A DNA stretch of 64,000 nucleotides from Candidatus Sericytochromatia bacterium (GCA_036676985.1 JAKFBU010000019.1:21798-85797); one strand, 5' to 3'. Counted from the stretch's first letter, positions 8,801 to 20,799 are shown. Translations and numbers: made by a program. Notes: generated by a model from the letters alone, not told the origin.

Positions 8801-9046
8801 GGTTCCTCCTCATGGGGTGGCGTCCGGCCGCCCTACGCACGGCGGCCGCTGACGCGGCGGAGCCCCGAACGGGGCTCCACCGCCATCTTACCATCCGCGC
8901 CGGGGCCCCGCCGCTGGACGGTCGTTCACAAGCTTTCACGAACGGACTTTACGAGCCGAGCCGGCATCGGGTATGATCCATGACAACAACGGCAAGATGT
9001 CGTCAATTGAGCAAGTGCCTTTCGAGTCGAACGAGGACCGCAGCCG

Positions 9047-9223
9047 ATGCCCGTCGCCCCGTCCCAACTCTGCCCCAAGTGTGGCCGCCACACGCTCAAC
9101 ACCACCAAGACCATCAAGTTCGTCATCCCGGATGGCGAGACCAGCCTGCGCATGGTCCTCGAGTGCAGCCACTGCAAGCGAGCCGTGATCCAGGAGGCCG
9201 ATAGCGACGCGCCCACCGCCTGA
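9047..9223 (+). CDS. 58-aa CxxC...CxxC zinc-ribbon microprotein
   Basis: MPVAPSQLCPKCGRHTLNTTKTIKFVIPDGETSLRMVLECSHCKRAVIQEADSDAPTA. SD GAGGA 9 nt upstream and typical GC3 codon usage; below the ORF-track cut-off. Confidence 0.7.
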   Translation: MPVAPSQLCPKCGRHTLNTTKTIKFVIPDGETSLRMVLECSHCKRAVIQEADSDAPTA

Positions 9224-9337
9224 GTCTTCCGCGATCCCGCCGAGGGACAAAACGACGCGCTTGGTTTAGGATGAGAGTCCGACGGACCGCCTGAGGGCGC
9301 CGTCGGATGACCCCTTCCACCGATCCGAGCAACGCCC

Positions 9338-10201
9338 TTGGCCGATCCGCACCTCTACCTGCCCCTGCTCTTCGCCATTGCCGTGTTCGCCGGCACCCTC
9401 GGCTCCCTGTTGGGGATCGGGGGCGGCATCATCCTCGTCCCCTTCCTGACCAGCCTGCTCCACGTGGACATGCACCTGGCCATCGGGGCGAGCATCGTCA
9501 CGGTCATCGCCACCTCGAGCGGCTCGGCCGCCAACTTCCTGCGGCTGCGCCTCACCAACGTGCGGGCGGGCTCCTTCCTCGAGCTGGGCACCACCGTCGG
9601 CGGCATCCTGGGGGCGCTGGTCGCGAGCTACGCCCCCGTCCCCTTCCTGAGCCTGCTCTTCGGCCTGGTGCTCGCCTTCTCCGCCTACCAGATGATCGGC
9701 AAGATCAACTTGCAGCACGAGGTGCTCGCCGTCTCGTCGCCCCTGGCCGAGCGGCTGCGCCTCGGCGGCACCTACTACGACTACCATGCCGGGCAGCAGG
9801 TCCCCTACGGCGTGACGGGCGTCTTGCCGGGACTCGGCGTCATGATGCTCGCAGGTGGGCTCTCGGGCATGCTCGGCATCGGCGGCGGCGCCTTCAAGGT
9901 CCTGGCCATGGACCTCATGATGAAGATGCCCCTCAAGGTCTCGACCACCACCTCGAACCTCATGATGGGGGCCACGGCGGCCGCCTCGGCGGGCATCTAC
10001 TACTTCCGCGGCGACATCAACCCCTACCTGGCGGGCCCGGTCGCGGTGGGCGTGCTGCTCGGCTCCCGGATCGGCAGCCGGCTCCTGCCGCGCGTGCAGA
10101 ACGCACGGCTGCGCCAGCTCTTCATCCTGATCCTCGTGCTGCTGTCGGCCCAGATGCTCTGGAAGAGCCTCGCGGGCTTCCTGGGAGGCCTCCATGGCTG
10201 A
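9338..10201 (+). CDS. TSUP (TauE/SafE) family transporter
   Basis: GSLLGIGGGIILVP and SGMLGIGGGAFKV repeats; multiple TM helices. Confidence 0.9.
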   Translation: MADPHLYLPLLFAIAVFAGTLGSLLGIGGGIILVPFLTSLLHVDMHLAIGASIVTVIATSSGSAANFLRLRLTNVRAGSFLELGTTVGGILGALVASYAPVPFLSLLFGLVLAFSAYQMIGKINLQHEVLAVSSPLAERLRLGGTYYDYHAGQQVPYGVTGVLPGLGVMMLAGGLSGMLGIGGGAFKVLAMDLMMKMPLKVSTTTSNLMMGATAAASAGIYYFRGDINPYLAGPVAVGVLLGSRIGSRLLPRVQNARLRQLFILILVLLSAQMLWKSLAGFLGGLHG

Positions 10202-10577
10202 GCCGGACAACACGCTCGAGCTGACGCTCGCCAAGGTCCTGTCCTTGGGAGTGCTCGTGAGCGGAGGGCTCCTGATCCTCGGCCTGGCGGGCATGCTCGT
10301 GACAGGGCAGACGGGCTATCCGGCCGCCGTCACGGACTTCAGCCGCGTGCGCCCCGAGGCCTTCCCCCACACGCCGGGCGCCATCCTCGCCGGACTGCGG
10401 GAGGGACGCCCGCTCGCCCTGGTCTCGCTCGGCCTCCTGGTCCTCATCCTCACGCCCATGTTGCGGGTGGCCTCGGCGGTCGTCCTCTACTTCCGGGAGC
10501 GCGACTGGCTCTACACCGGCATCGCCGGCGGGGTGCTGCTGATGCTCATGCTGGGCATGGCGCTCGGGGCCCGCTAA
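10194..10577 (+). CDS. DUF1634-like membrane protein (usual TSUP partner)
   Basis: LGLLVLILTPMLRV...ERDWLY; overlaps the TSUP stop. Confidence 0.8.
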   Translation: MAEPDNTLELTLAKVLSLGVLVSGGLLILGLAGMLVTGQTGYPAAVTDFSRVRPEAFPHTPGAILAGLREGRPLALVSLGLLVLILTPMLRVASAVVLYFRERDWLYTGIAGGVLLMLMLGMALGAR

Positions 10578-10613
10578 AAAGACCCCGGGGCGACGCCCCG
10601 GGGTCTCTCGTTT
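10576..10613. terminator. Bidirectional terminator hairpin
   Basis: AAAAAGACCCCGGGGCG/CGCCCCGGGGTCT between convergent genes. Confidence 0.65.
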
Positions 10614-10619
10614 CAACGC

Positions 10620-11822
10620 TTACTGGTAGCGGATGCCCGACTTCTCCAGGCGCTCGAAGACCTCCTTGAGGACCTCGACCGGCTTGACCAGGGAGATGCG
10701 GAAGTAGCCCTCGCCCAGGGGGCCGAAGCCCGTGCCGGGGGTGAAGACGACGCCCGCGGTGTCGATGACCCGCGCGACGAAGTCGAAGGCCTTCTCGCCG
10801 CGGGGCACCGGCGCCCACACGTACATGGCCGCCTTGGGCTTCTCGACGTTCCAGCCGAGCTTGTTGAGCCCCTCGACCACCACGTCGCGGCGCTCGCGGT
10901 AGACCTCGATCATCTGCTCGACGTGGCTGTGGGGCAGGTTGAGGGCCGCGATCGCCGCGTCCTGCACGAAGTTGGGCACGCCGTAGTCCATGTTGGTCTT
11001 GACCCGGTACAGGGCGTGGATCATCTGGGCCGAGCCCACCACGAAGCCGCAGCGCCAGCCGGCCATGTTATAGGTCTTGCTCATGGTGAAGAACTCGAGG
11101 GCGCCGTGCTCCTTGGCGCCGGGAATCTCGAGCATGCTCGTCGGCTTGAAGCCGTCGAAGGCGATGTCCGCGTAGGCCAGGTCGTGCACCAGCATGATCT
11201 GGTGCTCCTTGGCGAACTCCAGCGTCTCCTCGTAGAACGAGCGGGGCGCCACCGCGGAGGTCGGGTTGGAGGGGAAGTTGAAGATGAGGAGCTTGGCCGC
11301 ATCCGCGTCCTCGGGGCGCACCGTGCTCCAGTCGGGCAGGAAGCCCGTGTGCGGGAGGCAGGGCACCTCGACGACCTCGCCGCCCGCGAGCACCGTGCCG
11401 CGGGTGTGCACGGGGTAGGAGGGCTGCGGGACGATCGTCTTGTCACCGGGGTTGATGAAGGCCAAAGGCAGCTTCGCGAGCCCTTCCTTCGAGCCGATGA
11501 GGGGCAGGACCTCGGTCTCGGGGTCGAGCGTCACGCCGAAGCGGCGCTGGTACCAGGCGGCGATCGCCTCCCGGAAGGCCTTCTTGCCCTTGAAGGTGGG
11601 GTAGCCGTGGTTGGCGGGGTTCTGGACCGCCGCGATGGCGGCGTCGACCACGGGCTGCGGGGTGGGCAGGTCCGGCGAGCCGATGCCCAGGTCGATGACC
11701 TGCAGGCCCTTCTTCTCGGCGGCGGCGCGCAGCACCTCGAGCTGGGCGGTCGCGTAGGGGGGAATCTTCTGCAGGCGCTCGGACTCCTGGAACATCGCCT
11801 TGGGGGAAGAGATCATCGACAA
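10620..11822 (-). CDS. PLP aminotransferase class I (LL-diaminopimelate aminotransferase/AlaC-like)
   Basis: IDLGIGSPD, LIGSKEG, NFPSNPT, HDLAY, TMSKTYNMAGWRCG, PGTGFG..GEGYFRISL. Confidence 0.88.
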   Translation of the reverse strand: MSMISSPKAMFQESERLQKIPPYATAQLEVLRAAAEKKGLQVIDLGIGSPDLPTPQPVVDAAIAAVQNPANHGYPTFKGKKAFREAIAAWYQRRFGVTLDPETEVLPLIGSKEGLAKLPLAFINPGDKTIVPQPSYPVHTRGTVLAGGEVVEVPCLPHTGFLPDWSTVRPEDADAAKLLIFNFPSNPTSAVAPRSFYEETLEFAKEHQIMLVHDLAYADIAFDGFKPTSMLEIPGAKEHGALEFFTMSKTYNMAGWRCGFVVGSAQMIHALYRVKTNMDYGVPNFVQDAAIAALNLPHSHVEQMIEVYRERRDVVVEGLNKLGWNVEKPKAAMYVWAPVPRGEKAFDFVARVIDTAGVVFTPGTGFGPLGEGYFRISLVKPVEVLKEVFERLEKSGIRYQ

Positions 11823-11834
11823 GGCCTCCTGTGG

Positions 11835-12986
11835 CTACACGGCTAGGGGTGTGGGGGCGTGGGCACGACCCAGGGCGTCGGCCCGGCGGATGGCCTCGGC
11901 CACCTCCGGTGCCCTGACGCCTCCGGGCAAGAGGTGGGCGCTCGAGCTGGGACGCACCGTCGCCAGGGCGATCCGCTCGATGGCATGGGCGTCGTCGGCG
12001 ACCCCCTGGCCCCGGAGGGTCATGGGCACGCCGAGCGCGCTGAAGAACCGGACGAGCTCGGTGAGCTGGGCATCGGTGAAGCCCTGCAGCAAGCGCTGGA
12101 CGACGATGCCGAAGGCCACCTTCTCGCCGTGCCAGGCCAGGCCGTGGCCGGGCTCGGTGGTGAGGGCGTTGCAGACGGCATGCGCCACCACCGAGCGGCA
12201 GCGGGCGCCGCCGAGACCGCCGACGGTGCCGGCGAGCTGGACGTTGGCGTCGATGGCCTGCGCGAGCTCCGGGCCTACCTGGCCGCGCATGGCCTCTTCG
12301 TAGGCGGTCTCGCCCACCAGGCGCAGGCGCTCGTAGATGAAGCGCGCCATCTCGAGGGCCGCGAGCGTCATGGCGTCCGCATGATCGGCATCGACCGAGG
12401 CCGAGCTCTCGACCCACTTGGCCATGCTGTCGGCGATGCCCGCGGCCAACAGGCGCGCCGGCGCGGTGGCCACCAGGGCATGGTCGACCACCACGGCGTT
12501 CGGGTTGGTCGGCAGGGGCACGCCGTAGAGCCAGGTGCCCGAAGGCGAGTAGACGTTGGTGAGGGCGGTCCAGGCGGCACAGGTGGCCGCACTGGTCGGC
12601 ACGGTGACGACCGCGACGCCGAGGCGGTGGGCCGCGAGCTTGGCGGCGTCGAGGGCCTTGCCGCCGCCCACGCCGACCACGACGTCGCGGCGGGTGGTGC
12701 GGCCGATGGCCACGAGCCGGTCGAGCTCGGGCTCGCAGCAGTCCTGGCCGTAGGTCGTCACCTCGACGTGGACGCCGGCCGCAGCCAGGCTCGCCTCGAG
12801 GGCGGTCTGGGCGGCGGGATAGCTCCGGGATCCCCCGATGACCAGGGCGCGGCGCCCGAACTGGGCGGCGATCGCGCCCACCTGGGCGACGGCGCCGGTG
12901 CCGGTGACGACCGTGGCGGGCGACACGAGCAACGAGCGGGTCGGATCTCCGCTCGCCAGGAAGTCCTCCTTGGCGACTGGGGTCAT
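11835..12986 (-). CDS. Iron-containing alcohol dehydrogenase family / glycerol dehydrogenase-like
   Basis: VGVGGGKALDAAK, VPTSAATCAAW, AGIAD, AHAVCNAL, HGEKVAFG. Confidence 0.88.
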   Translation of the reverse strand: MTPVAKEDFLASGDPTRSLLVSPATVVTGTGAVAQVGAIAAQFGRRALVIGGSRSYPAAQTALEASLAAAGVHVEVTTYGQDCCEPELDRLVAIGRTTRRDVVVGVGGGKALDAAKLAAHRLGVAVVTVPTSAATCAAWTALTNVYSPSGTWLYGVPLPTNPNAVVVDHALVATAPARLLAAGIADSMAKWVESSASVDADHADAMTLAALEMARFIYERLRLVGETAYEEAMRGQVGPELAQAIDANVQLAGTVGGLGGARCRSVVAHAVCNALTTEPGHGLAWHGEKVAFGIVVQRLLQGFTDAQLTELVRFFSALGVPMTLRGQGVADDAHAIERIALATVRPSSSAHLLPGGVRAPEVAEAIRRADALGRAHAPTPLAV

Positions 12987-13200
12987 GGGTCCATCTCTCC
13001 CTTCTTGGCTGCCCACATTGTAGCACGTTGGGCGGCTTTGAACCCTCCAAGCCTAGCTCGGCAGCCGTCGCCCCCCAAAGGCGACCTTTGCCCCGGCTCC
13101 GACGGCCGAAACCGTAACGCCGCGCAGCTTCGCGCCAGATCCGACCGCATGGTATAATGGGAAACGATCCCGAGACCATTATCAATGAATGGGACCGTGA

Positions 13201-15228
<2,028 letters not shown>

Positions 15229-15237
15229 AAGCCTCAA

Positions 15238-15275
15238 GCGACGCGCCCCCCGGAAGCTTCCGGGGGGCGCGTCGC
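15238..15275. terminator. Terminator hairpin after gyrB
   Basis: GCGACGCGCCCCCCGGAAG/CTTCCGGGGGGCGCGTCGC perfect inverted repeat. Confidence 0.65.
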
Positions 15276-15291
15276 GTTGGGGCATGAAACC

Positions 15292-15654
15292 CTAGCGGCG
15301 GTCGATCGCCTCGAGCGCCTGATGGGCCGCCATCCAGGCAGCTCGCTCGCGGAGCCACTCCAGCTCGGCCTGGGAGTCGGCGAGCGCGATGGCCGTGGCG
15401 AGGGCATGCTCGATGATCTGACGCTTCATGGGACGGAAGTAGCGATCGTCCTCGGTGCCCCAGCTCAGGAAGACGACCTCGGCGACGCGGGCCGCCTCGC
15501 GGACGGTGCGGGCCTCGAGCACGGCGCGCTGGAAGATGGTCTCGGCGGTGAAGGGATCGCGCCGCTCGCGCGCCCTGCGCGCCAGCTCCAGGTAGGCCTC
15601 CAGCCGGGTGGCCGGCATGCTCAGCCGCGTTGCGATCGCCCCAAACTCTTTCAT
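15292..15654 (-). CDS. Hypothetical helical protein (120 aa)
   Basis: SD GGAGG before the ATG; host-like codon usage. Confidence 0.65.
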   Translation of the reverse strand: MKEFGAIATRLSMPATRLEAYLELARRARERRDPFTAETIFQRAVLEARTVREAARVAEVVFLSWGTEDDRYFRPMKRQIIEHALATAIALADSQAELEWLRERAAWMAAHQALEAIDRR

Positions 15655-15773
15655 GTCCGCCTCCGTGTCGCGCCCGCCCGCGGGCCGGCTCCATGGAGAG
15701 GAGTATAAGCAACCAGGCCAAAAAGGCGGACTATGAAGAGGTTAAGCTTGCGAAAAGCTCCGGGGAAACCAGC

Positions 15774-16814
15774 CTAGTCGGCGGCGGCCCAGTCGCGGTC
15801 GGCGATCTTGCTCAGGCGCTTGACCAGGGGTGCCTCGCGCAGGATCACGCCCAGCTCGCGGTTGTTGTCCATGGAGTTGGTCGTGAGGTTCACCGAGCCC
15901 AGGTAGGCCTTTTCCCCGTCCACGACGATGAGCTTGGAGTGCACCATGGGCTTGTTCAGGAAGCGCACCTTCGTGACGCCCGCCTCCTGCAACTCCTTCA
16001 GCTCCCGCTCGTTGGTGCCGCCCCCGTCGAACTTGGCGAGCAGCACCCGCACGTCCACGCCGGCCTTGACCCGCGAGCCGAGCGCCCGCGAGATCTCGGG
16101 GTCGCCGAGCACCTCGACCTGGACCACGACCGAGCGCTGGGCCCGGCTGATCAGGTTCTTGAGGCGCATGCGCGAGTTGACGGGGCTCACCACCAGGTCC
16201 GGATCCTCGGGCGCGAAGTCCTTGCCCGCCCAGTCGGCCTCGAACATGGCCTGGATCTCGGTCACGTCCGACGTGGAGCGGTTGATGAGGCCGTACTCGC
16301 GGTTGCTCTCGAAGGCCGAGCGCGAGAGGTTCGCGGTCATGACGATGGCCGTGTGGCCGTCGACCAGGATCGTCTTCTGGTGCAGGTACTTGAAGCGCGG
16401 CTTGATGTAGCGCACGTTCACGCCGGCGGCCTTGAGCTCGTCGAAGGCCCGGCGGTTGATCGGCAAGGGAAAGTTGGGGTTCGAGGGGTTGAAGGGCCCG
16501 GGCTCCAGGAGGATGCGCACCGCCACCCCGCGCGCCTCGGCGTCGGCGACCGCCGTGATGACCTCCGGCGACGAGAAGATGTACATGGAGATGTCCAGGG
16601 ACTTCTCCGCCTCGGCGATCGCCTTGAGGACCGGGGTCTGACCGTCATCCGGCAAGACGAAGAGCTGGTAGTCGGACTTGGCGAGGGCGGAGAGCTGAGC
16701 CTCGGACGACGTCTGGGCGAGCGGGGCGAAGCCGCAGCCCGCGATGGACAGCGCCAGCAGGAAGGCCGAGAGGAGACGGATGGGCCCGCGTGCGGGAATG
16801 AGGCGCTTCAGCAT
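15774..16814 (-). CDS. Phospholipase D-superfamily lipoprotein (two HKD motifs)
   Basis: Lipobox IAG-C; HQKTILVD..TANLS and HSKLIVVD..GSVNLT..NRELG. Confidence 0.85.
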   Translation of the reverse strand: MLKRLIPARGPIRLLSAFLLALSIAGCGFAPLAQTSSEAQLSALAKSDYQLFVLPDDGQTPVLKAIAEAEKSLDISMYIFSSPEVITAVADAEARGVAVRILLEPGPFNPSNPNFPLPINRRAFDELKAAGVNVRYIKPRFKYLHQKTILVDGHTAIVMTANLSRSAFESNREYGLINRSTSDVTEIQAMFEADWAGKDFAPEDPDLVVSPVNSRMRLKNLISRAQRSVVVQVEVLGDPEISRALGSRVKAGVDVRVLLAKFDGGGTNERELKELQEAGVTKVRFLNKPMVHSKLIVVDGEKAYLGSVNLTTNSMDNNRELGVILREAPLVKRLSKIADRDWAAAD

Positions 16815-16980
16815 GCGACCTTCCTTCATCAGCAGCGAGCAAGCGTAACGGCTCCACGCTAACACCCCGTGAACGCCGGCCGCAAGGCTCATGGCCAAAG
16901 CTTAGAAGGACTTTAACCCGACCTTAGAGGCTAGGGGTGGGAGGGCGAGGGCCGGTATGCTTTGCATAGTCGTATGTCAT

Positions 16981-17009
16981 TTGACATTACCTGACTAAAG
17001 GGATAGGCT
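16981..17009 (+). promoter_or_regulatory. sigma70-type promoter
   Basis: TTGACA-17bp-TAGGCT upstream of the 17053 gene. Confidence 0.55.
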
Positions 17010-17052
17010 TAGAACGTTTCCAAATCCGCTCACCGCCTAGAAGGAGCGCTTT

Positions 17053-17451
17053 ATGTACCCCTTCGATCGCGACGTCGTGGTCCGCGACGGGCAAGGTCAG
17101 TCCCACACGTTCAAGCTGCTCGACCTCATCGACGAACGCTACCTGGTCCTCATCGACAAGGAGCATGAAGCGGCGCTCACGAAGCTCGCGATCGCGCCGC
17201 AGCTCAGCGACGACGAGGTGAACCTGCTCACGGAAGAAGCCTTCGTCATCGACGGCAAGGCCGGGCTCATCATGGTGGACACCAAGGCCGCCCCCATCGT
17301 GCAACGCTCTCATCACTACGCCCTGCGCGTCGCCGGTGCGCGGTGGGTGGACGAGTTGCCCCCGCTCGAAGCCGGCTGGCTGGACGAGTCCGACCTGGCC
17401 CTCGCCTTCGAGCTGGAAGTGGCCAAGCGCCGCCGTCGACAGCACGACTGA
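17053..17451 (+). CDS. Hypothetical protein (132 aa)
   Basis: SD AAGGAG, typical codon usage, downstream hairpin at 17465-17491. Confidence 0.7.
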   Translation: MYPFDRDVVVRDGQGQSHTFKLLDLIDERYLVLIDKEHEAALTKLAIAPQLSDDEVNLLTEEAFVIDGKAGLIMVDTKAAPIVQRSHHYALRVAGARWVDELPPLEAGWLDESDLALAFELEVAKRRRRQHD

Positions 17452-17550
17452 AGCCGCGCCAACGCGTGCCCCCGGAGCCTCCGGGGGCACGTTCGTCATG
17501 CTATAATCCCCTCGGGACGTCGTTTTAGCTTCCGGAGGTCGGTACACTCC

Positions 17551-18144
17551 TTGGCCAAGCAGCTCAACAAGCCAGCCGCACCCAAAAAACGGCGCACCGG
17601 CCGGACCGCCACGTACTGGGTGGTCTTCGCCTTCTGCGCGATCGCCTCGTTCGCCGGCGGGTTCTGGTTCACCTACCGGGGCACCCAGGTCTCCATCAAG
17701 GAGCCCCCCATCGCGCCCTCGAGCTTCCCGGCCGCCGTCGCGACCCCCGTGATCGAGCCCACCGAGGCCCCCGTCGACATGGCCACCCCGGCCCCGATCG
17801 ACCCCTTCGCGGCGGCCCCGGCGCCCCAGAGCACTCCCGGCACGACGGCCTCCTCCGATCCCTGGGCGTCCGAGGTGCCCGCGGACGACGCCCCCATGGC
17901 CCAGGCGACGCCCGCCTCCGACGAGGGCAAGGTCTTCCGCGTGCAGGTGGGCAGCTACGACTCCCAGACCGCGGCCCAGTCCATGGTCGACGAGCTGTCG
18001 GCCGCGGGCATCAACGCCGCCGTGGTCCAGGGCACGGACGGCCAGTACCACGCCCAGATCGGGGCCTACTCCAAGCGCGATCGCGCCCTGTCGGTGGCCG
18101 ACGAGGTCAACGCCAAGGGTTACTCGGTGACCATCCGCCAGTAA
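17551..18144 (+). CDS. SPOR-domain membrane-anchored protein (FtsN/DedD-like)
   Basis: Basic N-terminus, one TM helix, Pro/Ala linker, FRVQVGSY...YHAQIGAY. Confidence 0.85.
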   Translation: MAKQLNKPAAPKKRRTGRTATYWVVFAFCAIASFAGGFWFTYRGTQVSIKEPPIAPSSFPAAVATPVIEPTEAPVDMATPAPIDPFAAAPAPQSTPGTTASSDPWASEVPADDAPMAQATPASDEGKVFRVQVGSYDSQTAAQSMVDELSAAGINAAVVQGTDGQYHAQIGAYSKRDRALSVADEVNAKGYSVTIRQ

Positions 18145-18239
18145 CGTGATCCATGCCGCATGTCCCTCGTGACGCACGACCAGGCAACCGAGCCCTGGAC
18201 GCGCTATCCTGAAGGGGTTCGGGTGGCGGAGGTTTTTCC

Positions 18240-18446
18240 ATGCAATCGTTGGTAACCCTGTTGGTGGTCGGCATCGCCCTGTTCGCGCTGGGCTGCCTGT
18301 CGCTCGGCCTGCTGGTCGTGTTCACGGTCTGGGCCGGCCGGCAGATCGGCGGGGCGTTCGTCCGCCTGGCCACCAAGGCCGGTCAGCAAGCTCGTACGTG
18401 CTACAATGAGCCTTTACAGAGCCTTCCACAAAACCAGGCCTCTTGA
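18240..18446 (+). CDS. Small putative membrane protein (68 aa)
   Basis: SD GGAGG 7 nt before the ATG; long hydrophobic N-terminus. Confidence 0.45.
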   Translation: MQSLVTLLVVGIALFALGCLSLGLLVVFTVWAGRQIGGAFVRLATKAGQQARTCYNEPLQSLPQNQAS

Positions 18447-18525
18447 GCCACTGGCCGTCTCGGCGGCTTGAAGGATCCGTTTTGTGCCGTGCTCTGACGC
18501 CCATTGTCGAGGTACGAGGAACAGC

Positions 18526-20034
18526 ATGACACAAGCCACCCAAACCGACGTCATGGAGAAGATCGTTTCCCTGAGCAAGCGCCGCGGGTTCATCTTCCAG
18601 AGCTCCGAGATCTATGGCGGTCTCGGCAGCACGTGGGACTACGGCCCCATCGGCGTCCTGTTGAAGAACAACGTCAAGCAGGCCTGGTGGCGTGCCGTCG
18701 TGCAGGAGCGCCCCGACGTGGTCGGCCTCGACGCCGCCATCCTGATGCACCCGGAGGCCTGGAAGGCCTCGGGCCACCTGGAGACCTTCCACGATCCCCT
18801 GGTCGACTGCAAGCAGTGCAAGCAGCGCTTCCGCGCCGACCACCTAATCGAGGCCGTCGCCAAGACCCACCAGTCGGGCGAGAAGACCTCCAAGCTCGTC
18901 AAGAAGGGCGCCGAGGGCTTCGCCGCCGAGCTCACCACCTACCTGTCCGAGCATGCCATCGAGGAGATGCTCAAGGACAAGGAAAAGGTGCAGTGGGCGC
19001 TCGGCAACATGCTCTGCCCCAACTGCGGGTCCAACGAGCTGACCGAGCCGCGCAACTTCAACCTCATGTTCAAGACGTTCATGGGCCCGGTCGAGGACTC
19101 GGCCGCGGTGATCTACCTGCGTCCCGAGACGGCGCAGGGCATCTTCGTGAACTTCAAGAACGTCCAGACGGCCATGCGCAAGAAGCCGCCCTTCGGCATC
19201 GCGCAGATCGGCAAGAGCTTCCGCAACGAGATCACGCCCGGCAACTTCACCTTCCGGACGCGCGAGTTCGAGCAGATGGAAATCGAGTACTTCTGCCCGC
19301 CCAACGAGTCCGAGAAGTGGTTCGACGAGTGGGTCGCCGCCCGCTGGAAGTGGTACACGGACCTCGGCATGAAGGCCGAGAACCTCCGCAAGCGCGGCCA
19401 GGGCGCCGACGAGCTCGCCCACTACTCCAAGGGCTGCTTCGACATCGAGTACCGCTTCCCGTTCGGCTGGTCGGAGCTCGAGGGCATCGCCAACCGCACG
19501 GACTACGACCTCAAGCGTCACGAGGAGTTCTCGGGCAAGGACCTGAAGTACTTCGACGAGGAGACGCGCGAGTCGTACGTGCCCTACGTCATCGAGCCCT
19601 CGGCGGGCGCGGACCGCGCCACGCTGGCCTTTTTGGTCGACGCCTACGACGAGGAGACGGACGAGAAGGGCGAGACCCGCGTGGTCCTGCGCTTCCACCC
19701 GTCCCTGGCCCCCGTCAAGGTGGCGGTGCTGCCGCTCTCCAAGAAGCCCGAGCTCAAGGGCCCGTCGCAGGCCATCTTCGCGGCCCTGCGCGAGCGCTGG
19801 TTCGTCGAGTACGACGAGACGGGCTCCATCGGCAAGCGCTATCGCCGCCAGGACGAGATCGGCACGCCCTACTGCGTGACGATCGACTTCGACAGCCTCG
19901 AGGACAAGGCCGTCACGGTGCGCGAGCGCGACTCCATGACCCAGGTGCGCCTCAAGATCGAGGAGCTGATCCCGTACCTCGAGAGCCGCCTCAACCCGGC
20001 CAAGCAGGGCCTGGAAGCCGCCGTCTTCGGGTAG
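18526..20034 (+). CDS. glyQS: Glycine--tRNA ligase, alpha2 (class IIa) type
   Basis: [74 protein letters not shown]. Confidence 0.96.
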   Translation: MTQATQTDVMEKIVSLSKRRGFIFQSSEIYGGLGSTWDYGPIGVLLKNNVKQAWWRAVVQERPDVVGLDAAILMHPEAWKASGHLETFHDPLVDCKQCKQRFRADHLIEAVAKTHQSGEKTSKLVKKGAEGFAAELTTYLSEHAIEEMLKDKEKVQWALGNMLCPNCGSNELTEPRNFNLMFKTFMGPVEDSAAVIYLRPETAQGIFVNFKNVQTAMRKKPPFGIAQIGKSFRNEITPGNFTFRTREFEQMEIEYFCPPNESEKWFDEWVAARWKWYTDLGMKAENLRKRGQGADELAHYSKGCFDIEYRFPFGWSELEGIANRTDYDLKRHEEFSGKDLKYFDEETRESYVPYVIEPSAGADRATLAFLVDAYDEETDEKGETRVVLRFHPSLAPVKVAVLPLSKKPELKGPSQAIFAALRERWFVEYDETGSIGKRYRRQDEIGTPYCVTIDFDSLEDKAVTVRERDSMTQVRLKIEELIPYLESRLNPAKQGLEAAVFG

Positions 20035-20054
20035 GCTTAGCGTACTCTCATCCG

Positions 20055-20088
20055 AAAAAGCCCGGTCGCCGCGGTGACCGGGCTTTTT
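20055..20088 (+). terminator. Intrinsic terminator after glyQS
   Basis: AAAAAGCCCGGTCGCC-GC-GGTGACCGGGCTTTTT. Confidence 0.8.
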
Positions 20089-20119
20089 CCATGCGAGCGA
20101 GCGTGCTAGGATGAGCCCC

Positions 20120-20740
20120 ATGATGCGTTTATGGATTTCCGTCGCCGTCATACTGGCAACGCTCGCCGTACCCGCCGCCGCCCAACCCACCGAGAGCCGG
20201 GTGCGCCTCATGGCGCAGCCGAGCTACTGGTCCAATGACCTCGTCACCCTGCCCGTGCTCGGGCTGGAGGCGGAGGTCGGCGTGCCCGACACGGCCTGGA
20301 CCGTCGGTGGGGTCTACACGCGCTACTTCTCGCGCTACAAGGTAGGCGACGACGTCGTCACGCTATGGGACGATCCCCCGAGCATCAAGACGCTCTTCGG
20401 ACGCTACTCCAGCTCGTCGAGCCTGTCCTGGCTGGTCGGCCTCGGAGCCTTCCGGCGGGAGAGCGTCACGGCGCCCACCTGGCAGTGGAACGGCGCGGGC
20501 CTGGTCCTGGGCGTCTCGTATCGGCCGAGCTGGGGGCCGCTCTGGCTCCAGATCGCGCCCAACGTGGTCGTCTCGGACTTCATGTGGTCGAGCTACGGCA
20601 CGAGCACCCAGCGCTTCTGGAGCCTCACGGGCATGTGGTCCGGGCTCTCCTGGCTGGAAGTCGGCGTGCGGCCGTTGCCGAACGTCGACCTGGCCTTCGA
20701 TCCCCTGACGCGCACCCTGCGCACGTCCTGGATCTTCTGA
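20120..20740 (+). CDS. Secreted protein, possibly an outer-membrane beta-barrel
   Basis: Signal peptide (AAA-Q), Trp/Tyr/Gly-rich alternating strands, C-terminal Phe. Confidence 0.55.
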   Translation: MMRLWISVAVILATLAVPAAAQPTESRVRLMAQPSYWSNDLVTLPVLGLEAEVGVPDTAWTVGGVYTRYFSRYKVGDDVVTLWDDPPSIKTLFGRYSSSSSLSWLVGLGAFRRESVTAPTWQWNGAGLVLGVSYRPSWGPLWLQIAPNVVVSDFMWSSYGTSTQRFWSLTGMWSGLSWLEVGVRPLPNVDLAFDPLTRTLRTSWIF

Positions 20741-20799
20741 TCCGCCTGGCAGGGCCCTTCGGACCCGGGTTATACTGGTTCCCGGGAAAGGAAGGTGCC

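Noticed and set aside
6812-8983. Long antisense or alternate-frame ORFs (also 26074-28806, 35026-37287, 40675-42927, 60784-62847 and many more)
   Set aside because: Shadow ORFs caused by high GC at third codon positions opposite clear genes; they carry no recognisable motifs.
18800-19030. Roughly 50-aa insertion between CKQC and CPNC in GlyRS as an intein or novelty
   Set aside because: It corresponds to the length-variable insertion 1 of alpha2 GlyRS and has no intein terminal motifs.
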